A stretch of 45,506 nt of DNA. Source: a virus. Taxonomy: Duplodnaviria; Heunggongvirae; Uroviricota; Caudoviricetes. This document shows, piece by piece, positions 17,924 to 24,401 of the stretch; position 1 is the first letter of the stretch, and every line of letters starts with the position of its first letter. A model generated the notes under the pieces. That model was not told where the DNA came from, made no database searches, and saw nothing but the letters and a program-made list of their open reading frames with translations. The stretch is taken from positions 1 through 45,506 of the IMG/VR virus record IMGVR_UViG_2563366923_000008, one strand, 5' to 3'. The translations under genes and the position numbers were made by a program.

Positions 17924-18332
17924 GCCCGCATTATCTTCATTGAAAACTGGCAACTCAGAGAATCATCCAAATTAAAAAAGCAGCAACGAGAGCGATTACT
18001 AATACATTCTTCGCTTTTTCTCTTCTGCTGGCCTTCACAAAAGGATTCACTATCCGGCAGTGGCTACACACAAGTGATTCTGGGTTAATTAACTTTCCGC
18101 AGTAGGGGCAGGGCTTGATAATCATTGGTACTAATTAAGTTGTGAGAACGTAGTCTCATTTAACCACATTTATCGAGTTGTTTTACTAATGGTCTAGTTA
18201 TTTCAGACATATTCATCAATTTCAGGCTCACGGGAATCATCCGCTACGTGCTTTGTTGATAAATCCAGCCCGTGAAGCCTGACCCTTTTCAAACACACAC
18301 ACAGCGCCATCCGAAAAATCGGAGGTGAGGCT

Positions 18333-18610
18333 ATGACCAGAATGAGCACCATTTACAGCAGACTTTCATATGGAACAGGAACCACGCTGACCGCTGCGGT
18401 GTATCAGCGAAGGCATATGCCGAAACAGCTAAAACAGCAAAAGAGGTGTCCTGGATGTTGGCCGACAGAATTGCAGGGTTAAGCCTGAGCGACTGGGCAA
18501 TTATTGTCGGTATCGCATGCACTGTTATTACCTGTGCAGTGAACTGGTATTTCCGCTGGAAAGAACGGGAGGATCGGCGCAATGGCTATGCCACCAAAGC
18601 TGAAGAATAG
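18333..18610 (+). pseudogene. Pinholin (S21-like class II holin) interrupted by a 47-nt insertion, leaving two small ORFs (18333..18482 and 18455..18610)
   Basis: Frame A gives MTRMSTIYSRLSYGTGTTLTAAVY... (SAR/TMD1-like); frame B gives [42 protein letters not shown]... (TMD2 plus basic tail); deleting 18405-18451 restores one S21-like frame. Confidence 0.5.
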
Positions 18611-19154
18611 CGTTATTGCAGCGATACCCGCTGGCGCTATTGCTATCGCTGCGGCGTTGATTACTGGCCCAACGGGTAATGATGGCCTTGAAGGTGTACG
18701 CTATCAGCCTTATCGGGATGTTGTTGGAGTGTGGACTGTATGCTGGGGCCATACTGGTAAAGATATTATCCTCGGCAAGACCTACACCAAAGCAGAGTGC
18801 CAGGCGCTGCTGGATAAAGACCTGAATATTGTCGCCCGACAGATTAACCCATATATCAATGCTCCGATCCCCGAAACGATGAGAGGGGCGCTGTACTCAT
18901 TTGCGTATAACGTAGGCGCGGGAAACTTCAAAACCTCCACACTGTTACGAAAAATCAACCAGGGTGATTCGAAAGGCGCATGCGAACAACTGCGGCGCTG
19001 GATCTATGCTGGTGACAAACAGTGGAAGGGTTTAATCACGAGGCGTGAGATTGAGCGTGAAGTTTGCCTGTGGGCAGAGAAACCTCAGGTTCTGGGGGAT
19101 GGACTCGGGCCGCTTAACCCTGGCATTCCGGTATCAGTTCCGGGGGTATTCTGA
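18582..19154 (+). CDS. SAR endolysin (GH24 lysozyme with N-terminal signal-anchor-release domain)
   Basis: N-terminal [26 protein letters not shown] then [19 protein letters not shown]...[13 protein letters not shown]; near-colinear with phage 21 R from memory; start may be ATG 18588. Confidence 0.85.
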   Translation: MAMPPKLKNSVIAAIPAGAIAIAAALITGPTGNDGLEGVRYQPYRDVVGVWTVCWGHTGKDIILGKTYTKAECQALLDKDLNIVARQINPYINAPIPETMRGALYSFAYNVGAGNFKTSTLLRKINQGDSKGACEQLRRWIYAGDKQWKGLITRREIEREVCLWAEKPQVLGDGLGPLNPGIPVSVPGVF

Positions 19155-19696
19155 TGAAACCCAGAAAAATTACGATTGTTGCGGTTCTGCTGGTGGCTGT
19201 CGTAATCATTATTGCAGTGCTTAGCGTATTACTGGTTCGTAGCCGCTCAGCTCTTGAAACAGAACAGAGTGAGAATCGGGTATTACGTAATGATAACGCG
19301 CTGCAGGCGACGGTGATAACTACACAGGCTTTCAACTTCAATCGGTTTAACCAGATAGCAGAGAACGCCAACCGCCTTAACTCGCTGATCGATGCCGGTA
19401 CTGAGAAAACTGTCATCGAATACCGGGAGATTCTCCGACGTGAAAAGACCTGTGATCTGCCTGTTCCTGCTGATGTCGCTGGTGGGCTGCTCAAATACGC
19501 GTACCGTTTACGTGCCAGCGCAATGCACCCCGATACCGGGAACACTAACGCAACCGATGATAGTACCGCTGCCGCCAGCTCAATGACGTATTGCCAGGCC
19601 GTCCTCTGGATTGAACCTTTGCTGGCAACGATAGAAAAGGGTAATGGCAATTTTTCCGGAATACGGGAAATAGAGAACGTAAGAGCCTCGCAATAG
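19154..19696 (+). CDS. Rz-like i-spanin
   Basis: 180 aa with N-terminal TM helix (IVAVLLVAVVIIIAVLSVLLV) and coiled-coil periplasmic domain; embedded +1-frame lipoprotein ORF. Confidence 0.75.
   Translation: MKPRKITIVAVLLVAVVIIIAVLSVLLVRSRSALETEQSENRVLRNDNALQATVITTQAFNFNRFNQIAENANRLNSLIDAGTEKTVIEYREILRREKTCDLPVPADVAGGLLKYAYRLRASAMHPDTGNTNATDDSTAAASSMTYCQAVLWIEPLLATIEKGNGNFSGIREIENVRASQ
19392..19586 (+). CDS. Rz1-like o-spanin lipoprotein embedded in Rz
   Basis: Lipobox LVGC followed by a Pro-rich mature peptide CSNTRTVYVPAQCTPIPGTLTQPMIVPLPPAQ; start uncertain (ATG 19392 or GTG 19440). Confidence 0.6.
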   Translation: MPVLRKLSSNTGRFSDVKRPVICLFLLMSLVGCSNTRTVYVPAQCTPIPGTLTQPMIVPLPPAQ

Positions 19697-19726
19697 CGGG
19701 GTTCTTTAACAATAAGAGAGGGAGTA

Positions 19727-20020
19727 ATGGAAAAAGAACAAAACGGCGCTGCAATCTTTCCTGTAGCAAAAGACTTTAAATTCTGTCTTGGGCAACTAGT
19801 GAACTTGCGCATTAGTGATGAGTTCGGCGAGGTACAGGCCCGCTCCCAGCATGTGACAGGTGAGAACCAGTACTTTATTTACTACCAGGCCGCCAATAAA
19901 TGTGCGACTGAGCGCTGGTATTCCGAATCGCAACTGGTAGCGGTGGAAGATGACCGTTCTCCGGGTATGCCTGTCTTTGGTTGTGTTGAGTTGCCGGAAG
20001 GTGCGGCGGTTGAAGAGTAA
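19727..20020 (+). CDS. Hypothetical protein
   Basis: 97 aa, good RBS. Confidence 0.5.
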   Translation: MEKEQNGAAIFPVAKDFKFCLGQLVNLRISDEFGEVQARSQHVTGENQYFIYYQAANKCATERWYSESQLVAVEDDRSPGMPVFGCVELPEGAAVEE

Positions 20021-20148
20021 GGCATTACAGCAGGCATTCACTGAGTGCCTGCGACAAAGCTAAATGGCATCAAGCATGCGATGATGATTGATTAATAATT
20101 GAGCTATGCATGGTATAATAAGCCACATTCATTGAAAGGTTAACCACC

Positions 20149-20313
20149 ATGTCATTTTTCGATTATGCAATGCAGCGTGTTGGGCTTGCAGCCAATACGA
20201 CTGTCATGTGCCCGATATGCGGACATAAATCCACACACTCGACCACGAAAGTACGCCAACAACAGGCGTTACTTTGCCCTAAATGTAAATCTCTGTTTGT
20301 CATTCACAGGTAG
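20149..20313 (+). CDS. Small zinc-ribbon protein (54 aa), stand-alone moron
   Basis: MSFFDYAMQRVGLAANTTVMCPICGHKSTHSTTKVRQQQALLCPKCKSLFVIHR; own extended -10 promoter (TGgTATAAT 20111-20119) and a perfect terminator. Confidence 0.5.
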   Translation: MSFFDYAMQRVGLAANTTVMCPICGHKSTHSTTKVRQQQALLCPKCKSLFVIHR

Positions 20314-20338
20314 TGGGTCGCGATACAAATAACCCCAG

Positions 20339-20362
20339 GCCTCGCAATTGCGAGGCTTTTTT
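20339..20362 (+). terminator. Rho-independent terminator of the zinc-ribbon moron
   Basis: GCCTCGCAATTGCGAGGC followed by TTTTTT. Confidence 0.6.
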
Positions 20363-20505
20363 ATACCAGCAGTAAACGCGCATCTCACGCGCATATTAAC
20401 GAGAGCCTTTCAGTAAGCGAGCCTGAGAAATGCCGTTATAGGTGGCGACCTCTCTCGGGCGGCTTTTCTGTGAGACAGGCTCACTTTCTAAAAGGTAAAG
20501 ACGCT

Positions 20506-21003
20506 ATGAAAGCAATCACGCTTTTTAATACACCGATCCGTGTTGATGAATCAGGAATGATCTGCCTCACTGATATGTGGAAAGCCAGTGGTAAAAGTGA
20601 ATCTGAATCTCCGTACCACTACCTGCGAAACAAGCAGACCAAAGAGTTCTTAGCCGAGCTGGAGAAAAACCACGAATCTGTGGTTTTTACTGAGCGCGGT
20701 GTACACGGTGGAACATATGGCGGGAAGTTTGTTGCTTACGATTATGCGGCTTGGTTAAACCCCGGGTTCAAGTACGCGGCCTATAAAGTCCTCGATGACT
20801 ACTTCACTGGAGAACTTCAGCATCGCAACAGCTTAAGTGCGCAGCTCAACATGAAATGTCATGAGTTTGACCAGAAGAAAGACATGGCGAGCTTCTGCGG
20901 ACAAGGGCTGGCGGCATGGCGCTATACGAAGCCAGTGTTGGTCGCTGAGATTAACTCCCTGGCTAACCAGCTGCAGATTACGATCCCCGGGCTTCCGGGA
21001 TGA
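20506..21003 (+). CDS. KilA-N domain protein (antirepressor-like)
   Basis: MKAITLFNTPIRVDESGMICLTDMWKASGKSESESPYHYLRNKQTKEFLAELEK fits the KilA-N pattern; track start 20470 is GTG, ATG at 20506 has a better RBS. Confidence 0.7.
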   Translation: MKAITLFNTPIRVDESGMICLTDMWKASGKSESESPYHYLRNKQTKEFLAELEKNHESVVFTERGVHGGTYGGKFVAYDYAAWLNPGFKYAAYKVLDDYFTGELQHRNSLSAQLNMKCHEFDQKKDMASFCGQGLAAWRYTKPVLVAEINSLANQLQITIPGLPG

Positions 21004-21257
21004 GTGATCGTGTCATTGAATGCGCCTCCAGAGCGGGGCGCGACTTCTCAGAGTTCATGAAAGGCGAGAAGGGCATGATGGAAGCATTGGCCTCGGTGGA
21101 TGAGTTTGGCGAGCAGCTGCGCCTCAACGGCTGTGTCAATCATCACTTTGTTAGCTACATGATGCGGAACTCGATCATGCAGGCATTCATGGACATGGCA
21201 AAAGCCGAGAGGAAAGAAGAGCGCCGGCGTAAGCGAGCGGAAGCAAAAGCGAAGTAG
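21000..21257 (+). CDS. Hypothetical protein translationally coupled to the KilA-N gene
   Basis: ATGA overlap; 85 aa with basic Lys/Arg/Glu-rich C-terminus. Confidence 0.5.
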   Translation: MSDRVIECASRAGRDFSEFMKGEKGMMEALASVDEFGEQLRLNGCVNHHFVSYMMRNSIMQAFMDMAKAERKEERRRKRAEAKAK

Positions 21258-21391
21258 CCATTACAAAGCTCATCTGCGGGTGGGCTTGATAATGGGGATG
21301 AATATCGCAATTTTTATTGTGGTTGACATAATTAGCTGATTTGCAATGATTATTTTGCTGTTGGTATAATTAATCCTCTACTACGAGAGGG

Positions 21392-21676
21392 ATGACTATG
21401 CTGACAATAATTTTGTTTGGTGCTGGCTGGAAAGGTGATGTTTGGGCTCTCGAGAGCTACAGTCCCGTTATTAAGGCTCCTGATCGGACATTTAGGCTTC
21501 TGAAAAGCTCTGGGGGTGCCCCGATCTTCGAGGATGCTGAGTTTGATGTTTTCGAATATCAGCTTGGTGATGAAATTTATCTGGTTGGCTGTCATGGGAA
21601 TAAGCCTAGTGACGATGTGATTATGTCACACATCCAGCATGGTGACCCTAAGCCGAAACCATACAAAACACTGTAA
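21392..21676 (+). CDS. Hypothetical protein (94 aa), stand-alone moron
   Basis: Own promoter TTGCAA-18 nt-TGgTATAAT (21341-21370), SD, and terminator. Confidence 0.55.
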   Translation: MTMLTIILFGAGWKGDVWALESYSPVIKAPDRTFRLLKSSGGAPIFEDAEFDVFEYQLGDEIYLVGCHGNKPSDDVIMSHIQHGDPKPKPYKTL

Positions 21677-21696
21677 CCGCCTCCGGGCGGTTTTTT
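21676..21696 (+). terminator. Rho-independent terminator of the 94-aa moron
   Basis: CCGCC-tccg-GGCGG followed by TTTTTT. Confidence 0.55.
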
Positions 21697-21786
21697 ATTG
21701 CCATCACCGAACAGGCATTACAGCAGGCATTCCCTGAGTGTCTGCGATAATGCTTTATTATCATTGTTAACGACGGGGTAAAAATC

Positions 21787-21984
21787 ATGAAAATTTTAGT
21801 TGAACACAACTCCAAAGTTATCTGGATGCGTGATAATGAAACATCTGAAGGTGTGGCCTGCAGGAGTTATATTAAGGACGGCGTACAGCAAAAGATTATT
21901 GCCGCCCTTGAGGATGCCTTAGCTCAGGCAAAGGGTGAGTTATTATGCTGGAATGACTCTGATGCTGTGAGTGACATTTCCTGA
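21787..21984 (+). CDS. Hypothetical small protein
   Basis: 65 aa ORF with plausible RBS. Confidence 0.4.
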   Translation: MKILVEHNSKVIWMRDNETSEGVACRSYIKDGVQQKIIAALEDALAQAKGELLCWNDSDAVSDIS

Positions 21985-22023
21985 GCCACCACCTAAATCA
22001 ATCGTAACGTTCCAGTATCCCAT

Positions 22024-22278
22024 ATGAGGCGCAACCAACCGGGTCGGAAGTCTCTCGAAGAAACCACCACCACCATGATGATGAAAACCCCGGTTATTTT
22101 TATAACTATTGAAGTTACTGTCGGTAGTGAGAAGGATGTTGCACTGGTGCGAGCAGTCAACAACAACGACATCACCTGCATTCAGGTGCATTCGTTTGTG
22201 AAGAAATTGCATAAGTCTCCTTATCAAGAGGCAATCAGCACTCCTCTCAAGGCTGGTACGCCAACGTCCCACCGCTGA
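22024..22278 (+). CDS. Hypothetical small protein
   Basis: 84 aa ORF; start uncertain. Confidence 0.3.
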   Translation: MRRNQPGRKSLEETTTTMMMKTPVIFITIEVTVGSEKDVALVRAVNNNDITCIQVHSFVKKLHKSPYQEAISTPLKAGTPTSHR

Positions 22279-22380
22279 CGGGCTGAGCCATTACCTTACC
22301 CAGACTCAACGATAAGTAACATCCTGATATTCAGACAGTAACTGTAATCGATAATGCTGAAGAATAGGCAGTAAATACAG

Positions 22381-23028
22381 GTGACTGATATGGCAACACT
22401 GAAGGATTTATCAAACCAGTTAAAGCAACTGCAAAAGCAAATCCCGTTTGCCACAGCTCAGGCGATGACAAAAGTTGTACGCCAGATTGAGTTGGCTCAG
22501 AAGACGGCATTCGAACGACATCTGGAGAGCCCCACGCCGTTTACCGTTAAATCAGTTGGTTCGGTGGCGGCAAGAAAGAACAATCTGACCGCAAAGGTTT
22601 TTGTCCGCGATACCGCTGCTGGTTATCTGGAACCATTCGAGTTTGGCGGAGAGCACAAGCTCAATAGCCAGGCTCTATTAAATCCCAAGAACGTTAAGCT
22701 AAACAAATACGGCAACATGCCGCGTAATAAGCTCTCACAGCTTAAAACAAAGGAAAATGTATTCGTAGGTGAGGTTGATGGCGTTAACGCTGTCTGGCAG
22801 CGTAAGAAGCCGATGAAAGCTAAGAAGCGACGGGCCAAACGTTCCGCTAACGGGACGCGAAGACCGAAACGCAAACAGCGTTCTCCAAAGCTTTTGATCC
22901 GGTTTGGTGATGCGCTACCTGTGACTCCAGTGCTGGGGTATATGGATAGGTCCCATACCATGGCGAACGCACTGCTACCGTCTGCTTTAAATCAGGCGAT
23001 AGCAGAAGCCATCAGGACGGCAAAATAA
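22381..23028 (+). CDS. Hypothetical protein with very basic C-terminal region
   Basis: 215 aa; KKPMKAKKRRAKRSANGTRRPKRKQRSPK tract suggests nucleic-acid binding. Confidence 0.5.
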   Translation: MTDMATLKDLSNQLKQLQKQIPFATAQAMTKVVRQIELAQKTAFERHLESPTPFTVKSVGSVAARKNNLTAKVFVRDTAAGYLEPFEFGGEHKLNSQALLNPKNVKLNKYGNMPRNKLSQLKTKENVFVGEVDGVNAVWQRKKPMKAKKRRAKRSANGTRRPKRKQRSPKLLIRFGDALPVTPVLGYMDRSHTMANALLPSALNQAIAEAIRTAK

Positions 23029-23038
23029 AAGCAGTAAC

Positions 23039-23542
23039 TTATAAGTTAATTTCGCAAGCTTTTATGAAGCTGTTTACTGCAGTTGTCGATCCAGAAACAT
23101 TGGCTGACATGGAATGCTGGTTTCCGCCATCCTTTGTTTGCACACCAACTAACACTTTGGATTTCGCCCCCTGAAGCTGCTTAAGCACTGTTTTTAGTTG
23201 GTCCGCGTCATCCGATTGAATCTGGAGGCTCTGAACATTACGTCTTGAAAGGGTAGCATCGAGCTTCACTGCGGTATTCCCGTCGACCTTCATTATCAGG
23301 TCCATTGGTACCTCTGATAGTGATTCGGTGCTTTTATCCATTTCAACGTATGCCGCCGATAGCTTTTCTTTAGTGCAGTCAAACACAATGGCGCCATTGT
23401 CGGATGAAACCTCGCCAAGCATCATTGCTTTCTTACCACCAGAGAAAAGGTCATCTTCAGTATTAGTTACCCACTGGGCATGAGCAATTGGTGATGCCAG
23501 CACTGCGGCTACGAAAGTTATTTTGATTATATTGTTACCCAT
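23039..23542 (-). CDS. Secreted or periplasmic protein of unknown function (opposite-strand moron)
   Basis: ATG at 23542 with AAGGAG SD at 6-nt spacing; signal peptide MGNNIIKITFVAAVLASPIAHA|QW; AT-rich; only minus-strand gene in the late region before the fibre switch. Confidence 0.6.
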   Translation of the reverse strand: MGNNIIKITFVAAVLASPIAHAQWVTNTEDDLFSGGKKAMMLGEVSSDNGAIVFDCTKEKLSAAYVEMDKSTESLSEVPMDLIMKVDGNTAVKLDATLSRRNVQSLQIQSDDADQLKTVLKQLQGAKSKVLVGVQTKDGGNQHSMSANVSGSTTAVNSFIKACEINL

Positions 23543-23685
23543 TACATTCTCCTTGTATTGAATAGGAATAATCATAGTCGGAGCGAATGGTCGAAGCCAT
23601 AAAAAAATGGGTCCTTCCTGAGACTTTTGTAAGGTACGGGCATTGCGCGCCGCGGTGTTTTCCTAGCTACAACTTTCAGATTTGT

Positions 23686-23832
23686 GTCCCATGTCCCACC
23701 TCTGGCGATCATTACGGACACCTCGCCAGCTCTGGCTATTCCAGTTTATTCCAGTGGGACATTCTGGTGGGACATGGCAAAAATGTCCCAGACGAATGTC
23801 CCACCCCAGAAAATGTCCCAGGTGATGTCCCA
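23686..23832. repeat. Array of ATGTCCCA / TGGGACAT repeats immediately upstream of and overlapping the terS start (candidate terminase-binding or cos/pac-associated sites)
   Basis: GTCCCA at 23686 and 23693; TGGGACAT at 23755 and 23768; ATGTCCCA at 23783, 23796, 23813 and 23825, the last overlapping the terS ATG. Confidence 0.6.
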
Positions 23833-24401
23833 TGACCACGATGAACCAGAGTCAGTACGCACAACATTCAGGTGTGGATCGCAAAACAATTGGCCGGTGG
23901 ATTAAAGCCGGGCGCTTCATTGTGATGGACGGAGACCTGATTGACGTAGAGGCCAGCGATGCGGCATTGAAGAAAAACCGCGATGGCAAAGACCCGCGTG
24001 CCTCGAACGCGAAGAAAAAGAAAACTCCCGTCGTTAGCGATAACGATGATGACGGTGATGAAATCAATAAAACTGTCCGCCAGATAATGCTCACTGAAGG
24101 GGCAGATCTTTCGAGAGAGGAAGCGGGACGTATCCGCGAGAATTACATGGCCCTACAGGCAAAGCTGCAGTATGAAAAAGACAGCGGCCAGCTTATTGAG
24201 CTGACAGCAGCCGAGGAGGTTTTATTCAACGCCTTTCGCCAACAGCGTGATGCCTGGCTTAACTGGCCGTCCAGGGTGGCGCCGCTAATGGCTGCTGATC
24301 TGGATGTACCGGCGGACAGGATGACAGAGGTGCTGATTGAACATGTCCACAAACACATCTCAGTCCTCGGAGAGCCAGAGTTTAACCCGGCAGAAGATTG
24401 A
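23832..24401 (+). CDS. Terminase small subunit (N-terminal HTH)
   Basis: 189 aa; N-terminal QYAQHSGVDRKTIGRWIKAG HTH; acidic linker; directly upstream of the large terminase. Confidence 0.7.
   Translation: MTTMNQSQYAQHSGVDRKTIGRWIKAGRFIVMDGDLIDVEASDAALKKNRDGKDPRASNAKKKKTPVVSDNDDDGDEINKTVRQIMLTEGADLSREEAGRIRENYMALQAKLQYEKDSGQLIELTAAEEVLFNAFRQQRDAWLNWPSRVAPLMAADLDVPADRMTEVLIEHVHKHISVLGEPEFNPAED

Noticed and set aside
17463-17975. Small ORFs (68-74 aa) across the PR'/tR' interval
   Set aside because: They overlap the promoter and terminator hairpins, start at non-ATG codons and lack an RBS; the region is better explained as a short non-coding late transcript.
23684-23905. 73-aa ORF reading through the ATGTCCCA repeat array, and a possible CRISPR-like array
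   Set aside because: The repeated MSQ/MSH peptides are a by-product of the DNA repeats. The repeats are 7-8 bp with irregular 5-15 bp spacing and mixed orientation, with no cas genes, so this is not a CRISPR array.
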